From NCBI GenBank assembly GCA_964016885.1, contig OZ024742.1, positions 341,558,001 to 341,622,000 of the forward strand: DNA of 64,000 nucleotides, written 5' to 3'. A program made the translations under genes and the position numbers. Below, one piece after another: positions 1 through 15,000 of this stretch; position 1 is the stretch's first letter; each line of letters starts with the position of its first letter. The notes under the pieces are model-generated. The model was not told the DNA's origin and ran no database searches. It worked only from the letters and a program-made list of their open reading frames with translations. The stretch is from Eledone cirrhosa. Taxonomy: Eukaryota.

Positions 1-3000
1 GTGTGACAGGGATATATCTTGTTATTGTGAAAGGGATATATCTTGTTAGTGTGACAGGGATATATCTTGTTATTGTGAAAGGGATATATCTTGTTAGTGT
101 GACAGGGATATATCTTGTTATTGTGAAAGGGATATATCTTGTTAGTGTGACAGGGATATATCTTGTTATTGTGAAAGGGATATATCTTGTTAGTGTGATA
201 GGGATATATCTTGTTAGTATGGTAGTGATATATCTTGTTAGTGTGATAGGGATATATCTTGTTAGTATGATAGGGATATATCTTTTTAGTATGGTAGGGA
301 TATATCTTGTTAGTGTGATAGGGATATATCGTGTTAGTGTGATAGAGATATATCTTGTTAGTGTGGTAGGGATATATCTTGTTAGTATGGTAGTGATATA
401 TCTTGTTAGTATGGTAGTTATATATCTTGTTAGTGTGATAGGGATATATCTTGTTAGTGTGATAGGGATATATCTTGTTAGTGTGGTAGGGATATATCTT
501 GTTAGTATGGTAGAGATATATCTTGTTAGTGTGATAGGGATATATCTTGTTAGTGTGATAGGGATATATCTTGTTAGTATGATAGGGATATATTTTGTTA
601 GTATGGTAGGGATATATCTTGTTAGTGTGATAGGGATATATCTTGTTAGTGTGATAGAGATATATCTTGTTAGTGTGGTAGGGATATATCTTGTTAGTAT
701 AGTAGTGATATATCTTGTTAGTATGGTAGGGATATATCTTCTTAGTGTGATAGGGATATATCTTGTTAGTGTGGTAGGGATATATCTTGTTAGTATGGTA
801 GGGATATATCTTGTTAGTGTGATAGGGATATATCTTGTTAGTGTGATAGAGATATATCTTGTTAGTGTGGTAGGGATATATCTTGTTAGTATGGTAGTGA
901 TATATCTTGTTAGTATGGTAGGGATATATCTTGTTAGTGTGATATGGATATATCTTGTTAGTATGCTAGGGATATATCTTGTTAGTATGGTAGGGATATA
1001 TCTTGTTAGTGTGGTAGGGATATATCTTGTTAGTGTCATAGGAATATATCTTGTTAGTGTAGTAGGGATATATCTTGTTATTGTGATAGGGATATATCTT
1101 GTTAGTGTGGTAGGGATATATCTTGTTAGTATGGTAGGGATATATCTTGTTAGTATGGTAGAGATATATCTTGTTAGTGTGATAGGATATATCTTGTTAG
1201 TGTGATAGGGATATATCTTGTTAGTATGGTAGGGATATATCTTGTTAGTATGGTAGGGATATATCTTGTTAGTATGGTAGGGATATATCTTGTTAGTGTG
1301 GCAGAGATATATCTTGTTAGTGTGATAGGATATATCTTGTTAGTGTGGTAGGGATATATCTTGTTAGTATGATAGGGATATATCTTGTTAGTATCGTAGG
1401 GATATATCTTGTTAGTGTGATAAGGATATATCTTGTTAGTAAAGTAGTGATATATCTTGTTAGTATGGTAGGGATATATCTTGTTAGTATGGTAGTGATA
1501 TATCTTCTTAGTATGGTAGCGATATATCTTCTTAGTGTGATAGGGATATATCGTGTTAGTGTGATAGAGATATATCTTGTTAGTATGGTAGGGATATATC
1601 TTGTTAGTATGGTAGGGATATATCTTGTTAGTGTGATAGGGATATATCTTGTTAGTGTGGTAGGGATATATCTTGTTAGAGTGGAAGTGATATATCTTGT
1701 TAGTGTGATAGAGATATATCTTGTTAGTGTGGTAGGGATATATCTTGTTAGTGTGATAAGGATATATCTTGTTAGTATGGTAGGGATATATCTTGTTAGT
1801 GTGATAGGGATATATCTTGTTAGTGTGATAGGGATATATCTTGTTAGTATGGTAGTGATATATCTTGTTAGTGTGATAGGGATATATCTTTTTAGTATGG
1901 TAGGGATATATCTTGTTAGTGTGATAGGGATATAGGTTGTTAGTGTGATAGTGATATATCTTGTTAGTGTGGTAGGGATATATCTTGTTAGTGTGATAGG
2001 GATATATCTGGTTAGTGTCATAGGGATATATCTTGTTAGTGTGACAGGGATATATCTTGTTATTGTGAAAGGGATATATCTTGTTAGTGTGACAGGGATA
2101 TATCTTGTTATTGTGAAAGGGATATATCTTGTTATTGTGAAAGGGATATATCTTGTTAGTGTGATAGAGATATATCTTGTTAGTGTGGTAGGGATATATC
2201 TTGTTAGTATGGTAGTGATATATCTTGTTAGTATGGTAGGGATATATCTTGTTAGTGTGATAGGGATATATCTTGTTAGTGTGATAGGGATATATCTTGT
2301 TAGTGTGGTAGGGATATATCTTGTTAGTATGGTAGAGATATATCTTGTTAGTGTGATAGGGATATATCTTGTTAGTGTGATAGGGATATATCTTGTTAGT
2401 ATGATAGGGATATATCTTGTTAGTATGGTAGGGATATATCTTGTTAGTGTGATAGGGATATATCTTGTTAGTGTGATAGAGATATATCTTGTTAGTGTGG
2501 TAGGGATATATCTTGTTAGTATAGTAGTGATATATCTTGTTAGTATGGTAGGGATATATCTTCTTAGTGTGATAGGGATATATCTTGTTAGTGTGGTAGG
2601 GATATATCTTGTTAGTATGGTAGGGATATATCTTGTTAGTGTGATAGGGATATATCTTGTTAGTGTGATAGAGATATATCTTGTTAGTGTGGTAGGGATA
2701 TATCTTGTTAGTATGGTAGTGATATATCTTGTTAGTATGGTAGGGATATATCTTGTTAGTATGGTAGGGATATATCTTGTTAGTGTGGTAGGGATATATC
2801 TTGTTAGTGTGATAGGGATATATCTTTTTAGTGTGGTAGGGATATATCTTGTTAGTGTGGTAGGGATATATCTTGTTAGTATGGTAGAGATATATCTTGT
2901 TAGTGTGATAGGGATATATCTTGTTAGTGTGATATGGATATATCTTGTTAGTATGATAGGGATATATCTTGTTAGTATGGTAGGGATATATCTTGTTAGT

Positions 3001-5954
3001 GTGATAAGGATATATCTTGTTAGTATAGTAGTGATATATCTTGTTAGTATGGTAGGGATATATCTTGTTAGTATAGTAGTGATATATCTTCTTAGTATGG
3101 TAGGGATATATCTTGTTAGTGTGATAGGGATATATCTTGTTAGTATGGTAGGGATATATCTTGTTAGTATGCTAGGGATATATCTTGTTAGTATGGTAGA
3201 GATATATCTTGTTAGTGTGGTAGGGATATATCTTGTTAGTGTGATAGAGATATATCTTGTTAGTGTAGTAGGGATATATCTTGTTATTGTGATAGGGATA
3301 TATCTTGTTAGTGTGGTAGGGATATATCTTGTTAGTATGGTAGGGATATATCTTGTTAGTATGGTAGAGATATAACTTGTTAGTGTGATAGGATATATCT
3401 TGTTAGTGTGATAGGGATATATCTTGTTAGTATGGTAGGGATATATCTTGTTAGTATGGTAGGGATATATCTTGTTATTATGGTAGGGATATATCTTGTT
3501 AGTGTGGTAGAGATATATCTTGTTAGTGTGATAGGATATATCTTGTTAGTGTGGTAGGGATATATCTTGTTAGTATGGTAGGGATATATCTTGTTAGTGT
3601 GGTAGAGATATATCTTGTTAGTGTGATAGGATATATCTTGTTAGTGTGGTAGGGATATATCTTGTTAGTATGATAGGGATATATCTTGTTAGTATGGTAG
3701 GGATATATCTTGTTAGTGTGATAAGGATATATCTTGTTAGTATAGTAGTGATATATCTTGTTAGTATGGTAGAGATATATCTTGTTAGTGTGATAGGATA
3801 TATCTTGTTAGTGTGGTAGGGATATATCTTGTTAGTATGGTAATGATATATCTTCTTAGTATGGTAGGGATATATCTTGTTAGTGTGATAGGGATATATC
3901 TTGTTAGTATGGTAGGGATATATCTTGTTAGTATGGTAGGGATATATCTTGTTAGTATGGTAGGGATATATCTTGTTAGTGTGGTAGGGATATATCTTGT
4001 TAGTGTGATAGGGATATATCATGTTAGTGTAGTAGGGATATATCTTGTTATTGTGATAGGGATATATCTTGTTAGTGTGGTAGGGATATATCTTGTTAGT
4101 ATTGTAGAGATATATCTTGTTAGTGTGATAGGATATATCTTGTTAGTGTGATAGGGATATATCTTGTTAGTATGGTAGGGATATATCTTGTTAGTATGGT
4201 AGGGATATATCTTGTTATTATGGTAGGGATATATCTTGTTAGTGTGGTAGAGATATATCTTGTTAGTGTGATAGGGATATATCTTGTTAGTGTAGTAGGG
4301 ATATATCTTGTTATTGTGATAGGGATATATCTTGTTAGTGTGGTAGGGATATATCTTGTTAGTATGGTAGGGATATATCTTGTTAGTATGGTAGGGATAT
4401 ATCTTGTTATTATGGTAGGGATATATCTTGTTAGTGTGGTAGAGATATATCTTGTTAGTGTGATAGGATATATCTTGTTAGTGTGGTAGGGATATATCTT
4501 GTTAGTATGGTAAGGATATATCTTGTTAGTGTGGTAGAGATATATCTTGTTAGTGTGATAGGATATATCTTGTTAGTGTGATAGGGATATATATCCTTAG
4601 TATGGTAGGGATATATCTTGTTAGTGTGGTAGCGATATATCTTGTTAGTATGATAGGGATATATCTTGTTAGTATGGTAGGGATATATCTTGTTAGTGTG
4701 ATAGGGATATATCTTGTTAGTGTGATAGAGATATATCTTGTTAGTGTGGTAGGGATATATCTTGTTAGTATGGTAGGGATATATCTTGTTAGTGTGATAG
4801 GGATATATCTTGTTAGTATGGTAGGGATATATCTTGTTAGTATGGTAGTGATATATCTTGTTAGTATGGTAGGGATATATCTTGTTAGTGTGGTAGGGAT
4901 ATATCTTGTTAGTGTGATAGGGATATATCTTGTTAGTGTAGTAGGGATATATCTTGTTATTGTGATAGGGATATATCTTGTTAGTGTGGTAGGGATATAT
5001 CTTGTTAGTGTGGTAGGGATATATCTTGTTAGTATGGTAGAGATATATCTTGTTAGTGTGAGAGGGATATATCTTGTTAGTGTGATAGGGATATCGCTTG
5101 TTAGTGTTGTAGGGATATATCTTGTTAGTATGGTAGCGATATATCTTGTTAGTATGGTAGGAATATATCTTGTTAGTGTGGTAGGGATATATTTGTTAGT
5201 GTGGTAGGGATATATCTTGTTAGTATGGTAGGGATATATCTTGTTAGTGTGGTAGGGATATATCTTGTTAGTGTGGTAGGGATATATCTTGTTAGTGTGA
5301 TAGGGATATATCTTGTTAGTATGGTAGGGATATATCTTGTTAGTATAGTAGGGATATATCTTGTTAGTGTGGTAGTGATATATCTTGTTAGTGTGATAGG
5401 GATATATTTTGTTAGTATGGTAGGGATATATCTTGTTAGTGTGATAGGGATATATCTTGTTAGTATGGTAGGGATATATCTTGTTAGTATGATAGGGATA
5501 TATCTTGTTAGTGTGGTAGGGATATCGCTTGTTAGTGTTGTAGGGATATATCTTGTTAGTATGGTAGCGATATATCTTGTTAGTATGGTAGGAATATATC
5601 TTGTTAGTGTGGTAGGGATATATCTTGTTAGTGTGGTAGGGATATATCTTGTTAGTGTGATAGGGATATATTTTGTTAGTATGATAGGGATATATCTTGT
5701 TAGTATGGTAGGGATATATCTTGTTAGTGTGATAGGGATATATCTTGTTAGTATGATAGGATATATCTTCTTAGTGTGGTAGGGATATATCTTGTTAGTA
5801 TGGTAGGGATATATCTTGTTAGTGTGATAGGGATATATCTTGTTAGTATGATAGGGATATATCTTGTTAGTGTGATATGGATATATCTTGTTAGTATGGT
5901 AGGGATATATCTTGTTAGTATGGTAGGGATATATCTTCTTAGTGTGGTAGGGAT
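1..5954. repeat. 24-bp tandem satellite, consensus GGGATATATCTTGTTAGTRTGRTA, ~248 copies, truncated by window start
   Basis: Direct 24-bp periodicity with a near-invariant GATATATCTTGTTAGT core (contains the palindrome GATATATC) and a variable RTGRTA(G) segment. Occasional 23-bp monomers. Ends abruptly at ...GTGGTAGGGAT|TAACAG. Confidence 0.98.
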
Positions 5955-6083
5955 TAACAGTGCAATAACAATCCTAAATATAATTAACACAAAATCTTTT
6001 AGATGAGAATATTTGTTATGTAAAGGTTTCGTTAGATTTGGTCAAAATATAATTAGTGTATAAACATTTATAATAGTTCACTG
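5955..6083. other. Unique AT-rich spacer (129 bp) between the two satellite arrays
   Basis: Non-repetitive sequence with sharp boundaries to both arrays. Confidence 0.9.
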
Positions 6084-9000
6084 TTCAATGACCCACACTT
6101 CAATGACCCACACTTCAATGACCCACACTTCTATGACCCACAATTCTATGACCCACAATTCTATTACCCACACTTCAATGACCCACACTTCTATGACCCA
6201 CACTTCTATGACCCACACTTCAATGACCCACGCTTCTATGACCCACACTTCTATGACCCACACTTCTATGACCCACAATTCAATGGTCCACACTTCAATG
6301 GTCAACACTTCTATGACCCACACTTCTATGACCCACACTTCTATGACCCGCAATTCTATGACCCACACTTCTATGACCCACACTTCTATGATCCACACTT
6401 CTATGGCCAACACTTCAATGACCTACACTTTTTATGACCCACACATCTATGACCCACATTTATATGATCCACATTTCTATGACCCACACTTCAATGATCC
6501 ACACTTCTATGGCCCACACTTCAATGACCCACACTGCTATGACCCACATTTCTATGACCCACATTTCTATGATCCACACTTGTATACACCACACTTCTAT
6601 GACCCACACTTCTATGACCCACACTTCAATGGTCTACACTTCTATGACCCAGACTTCTATGACCCACACTTCTATGATCCACACTTCTATGACCCACACG
6701 TCTATGACCTACACTTCTCTGGTCCACATTTCTATGATCCACATTTCCATGACCCATAATTATATGGCCTAGACTTCTAAGGCGCACACTTCAATGACCC
6801 ACACTTCTATGACCCACATATCTATGACACACAATTCTATGACTCACACTTCTATGACCCGCACTTCTATGACCCACACTTATATGGCCCACACTTCAAT
6901 GACCCACACTTCTATGACCCACATTTCTATGACCCACACTTCAATGTTCAACAATTCTATGACCCACACTTCTATGACCCACACTTCTATGACCCACACT
7001 TCTATGGCCCACACTTCAAAGACCCACACGTCTATGACGCACACTTCTATGGCCCACATTTCTATGACCGACATTTCTATGACCCACAGTTCTATGATCC
7101 ACACTTCTATGACCCACATTTCTATGATCCACACTTCTATGACCCACATTTCTATGATCCACACTTCTATGACCCACACTTCTATGAACCACACTCCTAT
7201 GACCCACAATTCTATGACCCAAACTTCTATGACCGCACTTCTGTGACCCGCACTTCTATGGCCCACACTTCAATGACCCACACTTCTATGACACGCACTT
7301 CTATGACCCACACTTCTATGGCCCACACTTCTATGACACACACTTCTATGCCCCACACTTCTATGACCCACACTTCTATGACCCACACTTCTATGATCCG
7401 CACTTCTATGAGCCACACTTCTATGACCCACACTTCAATGATCCACACTTCTATGACCCACACTTCTATGACCCACACATCAATGGTCTACACTTCTATG
7501 ACCCACACTTCTATGACCCAGACTTCAATGGTCTACACTTCTATTACCCACACTTCTATGACCCACACTTCTATGACCTACAATTTTATGACCCACACTT
7601 CTATGACCCACTCTTCTATGACCCACACTTATATGGCCCACACTTCAATGACCCAGACTTCTATGACCCAGACTTCAAAGACCCACACTTCTATGACCCA
7701 CACTTCTATGACCCACACGTCTATGACCCACACTGCAATTACCCACACTTCTATGACCCACACTTCTATGACCCACACTTCTATGAAACACACTTATATG
7801 CCCCACACTTCTATGACCCACACTTCTGACCCACACTTCTATGACCCACACTTCTATGGCCCACACTTCTATGACCCACACTTCAATGGTCTACACTTCT
7901 ATGACCCACACTTCTATGACCCACACTTCTATCGCCCGCACTTCTATGACCCACACATCAATGGTCTACACTTCTATGACCCACACTTCTATGGCCCACA
8001 CTTCAATGATCTACACTTCTATTACCCACATTTATATGACCCACATTTCTATGACCCACACTTCTATGGCCCACACTTCAATGACCCTCACTTCTATGAC
8101 CCACGTTTCTATGACCCACACTTCTATGGCCCACACGTCTATGACCCGCACTTCTATGACCCACACTTCTATGGCCCACACTTCAATGATCAACACTTCT
8201 ATGACCAAGACTTCTATGACGCACACTTCAATGGTCTACACTTCTATGACCCAAAATTCTATGACCCACACTTCTATGACCCACACTTCTATGGCCCACA
8301 CTTCAATGACCCACACTTCTATGACCCAGACTTCAATGACCCACACTTCTATGACCCACACTTCTAAGGCCCACATTTCTATGATCCACATTTCTATGAC
8401 CCACACTTCTATGACCCACACTTCTATGGCCCACACTTCAATGACCCACACTTCTATGACTCACATATCTATGACCCACATTTATATGATCCACATTTCT
8501 ATGACCCACACTTCTATGATCCACATTTCTATGACCCACATTTCTATGATCCCCACTTCTATGACCCACACTTCTGTGAACCACACTTCTATAACCCACA
8601 CTTCAATGACCCACACTTCTATGACCCACGCTTCTATGACCCACACTTCTATGACCCACACTTCTATGGCCCACGCTTCAATGACCCACACGTCTATGAG
8701 TCACACTTCTATAGCCCACATTTCTAAGACCGACATTTCTATGACCCACACTTCTATGAACCACACTTCTATGGCCCACGCTTCAATGACACACACTTCT
8801 ATGACCCACACTTCAATGACCCACATTTCTATGATCCACACTTCTATGACCCACAATTCTATGACCCACACTTCTATGACCCTCACTTTTATGACCCACA
8901 CTTCAATGGTCTACACTTCTATGACACACAATTCTATGACCCACACTTCTATGACCCACACTTCTATGGACAACAGTTCAATGACCCACACTTCTATGGC

Positions 9001-12000
9001 CCACACTTCAATGACCCACACGGCTATGAGTCACACTTCTATAGCCCACATTTCTATGACCGACATTTCTATGACCCACACTTCTATGACCCACCCTTCT
9101 ATGGCCCACACTTCAATGACCCACACTTCTATGACCCAGACTTCAATGACCCACACTTCTATGACCCACACTTCTAAGGCCCACATTTCTATAATCCACA
9201 TTTCTATGATCCACACTTCTATGACCCACACTTCTATGGCTCACACTTCAATGACCCACACTTCTATGACCCACACATCTATGACCCACATTTCTATGAT
9301 CCACATTTCTATGACCCACAATTCTATGACCCACACTTCTATGACCCTCACTTCTATGAACCACACTTCTATGGCCCACACTTCAATGACCCACACTTCT
9401 ATGACCCAGACTTCAATGATCCACACTTCTATGATCCACAATTCAATGGTCTACACTTCTATAACCCACACTTCTATGACCCACACTTCAATGGTCTACA
9501 CTTCTATTACCCACATTTCTATGACCCACATTTCTATGACCCACACTTCTATGGCCCACACTTCAAGGACCCACACTTCTATGACCCACACTTCTATGAC
9601 CCACACGTCTATGACCCGCACTTCTATGGCCCACACTTCAATGACCAAGACTTCTATGACCCACACTTCAATGGTCTACACTTCTATGACCCACAATTCT
9701 ATGACCCACACTTCTATGACTCACACTTCTATGGCCCACACTTCAATGACCGACACATCTATGAACCACACTTCTATGACCCACACTTCTATGACCCACA
9801 CTTCTATGATCCACACTTCTATGACCCTCAATTCTATGACCCACACTTCTATGACCCATATTTCTATGATCCACACTTTTATGACCCACACTTCTATGAC
9901 CCACACTTCAATGACACACACTTCAATGACCCATGCTTCAATGACCCACACTTCTATGACCCACACTTCTATGACTCACACTTCTATGACCCGCACTTCT
10001 GTAACCCACACTTCAATGGTTTACACTTCTATGACCCACACTTCTATGACACACAATTCTATGACCCACACGTCTATGACCCGCACTTCTATGAACCACA
10101 CTTCTATGACCCACACTTCAATGGTCTACACTTCTATTATCCACACTTCTATGACCCACACTTCTATGACCCACACTTCTATGGCCCACACATCAATGAC
10201 CCACACTTCTATGACCCACACATCTATGACCCACATTTCTATGATCCACATTTCTTTGACCCACACTTCAATGGTCCACACTTCTATGACACACACTTCT
10301 ATGACCCACACTTCTATGACCCACACATCTATGACCCACATTTCTATGATCCACATTTCTTTGACCCACACTTCAATGGTCCACACTTCAATGGTCCACA
10401 CTTCTATGACACACACTTCTATGACCCACACTTCTATGGCTAACAATTCTATGACCCACACTTCTATGACAGACACTTCTATGACCCACACTTCTATGGC
10501 TCACACTTCAATGACCCACACTTCTATGACCCACACATCTATGACCCATATTTCTATGATCCACATTTCTATGACCCACAATTCTATGACCCACACTTCT
10601 ATGACCCTCACTTCTATGACCCACACTTCTATGGCCCACACTTCAATGACCCACACTTCTATGACCCAGACTTCAATGATCCACACTTCTATGATCCACA
10701 TTTCCATGATCCACACTTCTATGAGCCACACTTCTATGAACCACACTTCTATGACCCACACTTCAATGACCCACACTTCAATGGTCTACACTTCTATTAC
10801 CCACATTTCTATGACCCACATTTCTATGACCCACACTTCTATGGCCCACACTTCAAGGACCCACACTTCTATGACCCACACTTCAATGACCCACGCTTCT
10901 ATGACCCACACTTCTATGACCCACACATCTATGACCCACACGTCTATGACCCGCACTTCTATGGCCCACACTTCAATGACCAAGACTTCTATGACCCACA
11001 CTTCAATGGTCTACACTTCTATGACCCACAATTCTATGACTCACACTTCTATGACCTACACTTCTATGGCCGACAGTGCAATGACCCACACTTCTATGAC
11101 CCACACTTCTAAGGCCCACATTTCTATGATCCACATTTCTATGACCCACACTTCTATGACCCACACTTCTATGGCCCACACTTCCATGACCGACATTTCT
11201 ATGACCCACACTTCTATGACCCACACTTATATGACCCACGCTTCTATGACCCACACTTCTATGACCCACGCTTCTAAGACCCACACTTCTATGACCCACA
11301 CTTCTATGACCCACACTTATATGACCCACACTTCTATGACCCGCACTTCTATGGCCCACACTTCAATGACCAACACTTCTATGACCCACACTTCTATGAA
11401 CCACACATCAATGGTCTACACTGCTATGACCCACACTTCAATGACCCATGCTTCTATGACCCACACTTCTATGACCCACACTTCTATGACCCACACTTCT
11501 ATGACCCACACTTCTATGACCCACATTTCTATGACCCACAATTCTATGGTCTACACTTCTATGACCCACAATTCTATGACCCACACTTCTATGACCCACA
11601 CTTCTATAACACACAATTCTATGACCCACACTTCTATGACCCACACTTCTATGACCCACACTTCTATTACCAACAATTCTGTGAGCTACACTTCTATGAC
11701 TTACACTTCTATGGCCCACACTTCTATGGTCCACATTTCTATGATCCACACTTCTATGACCCACACTTCTATGGCCCACAGTTCAATGACCCACACTTCT
11801 ATGACCCACATTTCTAAGGCCCATATTTCTATGATCCATATTTCTATGACCCACACTTCTATGACCGACACTTCTATGACCCACACTTCTATGACCCACA
11901 CTTCTATGACCCACACTTCTATCACCCACACTTCTATGACCCACAATTCTATGACCCACACTTCTATGACCCACATTTCTATTATCCACACTTCTATGGC

Positions 12001-15000
12001 CCACACTTCAATGACCCACACTTTTATGACCCACACTTCTATGACCCACATTTCTATCACCCATACTTCTATGACCCACAATTGTATGACCCACACTTCA
12101 ATGACCCACACTTCTATGACCCACATTTCTATGACCCACACTTCAATGGTCTACACTTCTATGACCCACACTTCTATGACCCACACTTCTATTACCCACA
12201 CTTCTATGATCCACCCTTCTATGACCCACATTTATATGACCCACACTTCTATGACCGATACTTCTATGACCCACACTTCTATGGCCCACACTTCACTGAC
12301 CGACACTTCTATGACCCACACTTCTATGACCCACACTTCTATGGCCCACACTTCTATAAACCCACATTTCTATGACCCACAATTCTATGACCCACACTTC
12401 TATGACCCACACTTCTATGACCCACACACCAATGGTCTACACTTCTATGACCCACACTTCTATGACCTACAATTCTATGACCCACACTTCTATGACCCAC
12501 TCTTCTATGACCCACACATATATGGCCCACACTTCAATGACCCAAACTTCAATGACCCACGCTTATATGACCCACATTTCTATGACCCACGCTTATGTGA
12601 CCCACACTTCTATGACCCACACTTCTATGACCCACAATTCTATGGTCTACACTTCTATGGCCCACACTTCTATGACCCACACATCTATGACCCACACTTC
12701 TATAACACACAATTCTATGACCCACACGTGTATGACCCGCACTTCTATGACCCACACTTCTATGGCCCACACTTATATGACCCACACTTCTATGACCCAC
12801 ACTTCTATGACCCACAATTCAATGACCCACACTTCTATGACCCGCCCTTCTATGACCCATACTTCTATGGCCCACACTTCAATGATCCACACTTCTATGA
12901 CCCACACTTCTATGACCCACACTTTAATGGTCTACACTTCTACGATCCACACTTCTATGACCCACACTTCTATGACCCACAATTCTGTGAGCCACACTTC
13001 TATGACTTACACTTCTATGGCCCACACTTCTATGGTCCACATTTCTATGATCCACATTTCAACGACCCACAATTCTATGAGCCACACTTCTATGGCCCAC
13101 ACTTTAATGACCCACACTTCTATAACACACACATCTATGACCCACATTTCTATGATCCACATTTCTATGACCCACACTTCTATGACCCACACTTCTTTGG
13201 CCCACACTTCAATGACCCACACTTCTATGACCCACACTTCAATGGTCAACACTTCTATGACCCACACTTCAATGACCCACACTTCTATGACCCACACTTC
13301 TAAGGACCACATTTCTATGATCCATATTTCTATGACCCACACTTCTATGACCCACACTTCTATGGCCCCCACTTCAATGACCCACACTTCTATGACCCAC
13401 ACATCTATGACCCACATTTCTATGATCCACATTTCTATGACCCACACTTCTATGATCCACACTTCTATGACCCACATATCTATGATCCACACTTCTATGA
13501 CCCACACTTCTATAAACGACACTTCTATGATCCACACTTCAATGACCCACACTTCTATGACCCACACTTCTATGACCCACATTTCAATGGTCTACACTTC
13601 AATGGTCTACACTTCTATGACCCACACTTCTATTACCCACACTTCTATGGCCCACACTTCAATGACCCACACCTCTATGACCCACACTTCTATGGCCCAC
13701 ATTTCTATGACCGACATTTCTATGACCCACCCTTCTATGATCCGCACTTCTATGGCCTACAATTCAATGACCCACACTTCAATGACCCACATTTCTATGA
13801 TCCACACTTCTATGACCCACACATCTATGAGCCACACTTCTATGACCCACACGTCTATGACCCACACTTCTATGACCCACCCTTCTATGATCCACACTAC
13901 TATGGCCCACACTTCAATGACCCGCCCTTCTATGACCCACATTTCTATGATCCACACTTCTATGACCCACACTTCTATGACCCCCACTTCAATGACTGAC
14001 ACTTCTATGACCCACGATTCTATGACCCACACTTCTATGACCCACACTTCTATGACCCACACTTCTATGACCCACAATTCTATGACCCACACTTCTATGT
14101 GCACATTTCTATGATCCACACTTCTATGGCCCACACTTCAATAACCCACACTTCAATGACCCACACTTTTATGACCCACACTTCTATGACCCATATTTCT
14201 ATGACCCATACTTCTATGACCCACACTTGTGTGACCCACACTTCAATGACCCACACTTCTATGACCCACACTTCAATGGTCTACACTTCTATGACCCACA
14301 TTTCTATGACCCACACTTATATGACCCACACTTCTATGACCCGCACTTCTATGGCCCACACTTCAATGACCAACACTTCTATGACCCACACTTCTATGAA
14401 CAACACTTCAATGGTCTACACTTCTATGATCCGCACTTCTATGACCCACACTTCTATGACCTACAATTCTATGACCCATACTTCTATGACCCACTCTTCT
14501 ATGACACACACATATATGGCCCACACTTCAATGACCCACACTTCAATGACCCACGCTTCTATGACCCACACTTGTATGACCCACACTTCTATGACCCACA
14601 CTTCTATGACCCACAATTCGATGACCCACAATTCTATGGTCTACACTTCTATAACCCACACTTCTATTACCCACACTTCTATGGCCCACACTTCAATGAC
14701 CCACACGTCTATGACCCACACTTCTATGGCCCACATTTCTATGACAGACATTTCTATGACCCACCCTTCTATGATCCGCACTTCTATGGCCTACAATTCA
14801 ATGACCCACACTTCTATGACCCACACTTCAATGACCCACATTTCTATGATCCACACTTCTATGACCCACACATCTATGAGCCACACTTCTATGACCCACA
14901 CGTCTATGACCCACACTTCTATGACCCACACTTCTATGATCCACACTACTATGGCCCACACTTCAATGACCCGCCCTTCTATGACCCACATTTCTATGAT

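Noticed and set aside
1-5954. CRISPR-like array (constant core plus variable part)
   Set aside because: The variable part is ~8 bp with a few recurring alleles, not unique spacers. There are no cas genes and the context is eukaryotic.
3-6006. Hydrophobic GIYLVSV-repeat ORFs as membrane proteins
   Set aside because: Translation of the 24-bp satellite, broken repeatedly by 23-bp monomers.
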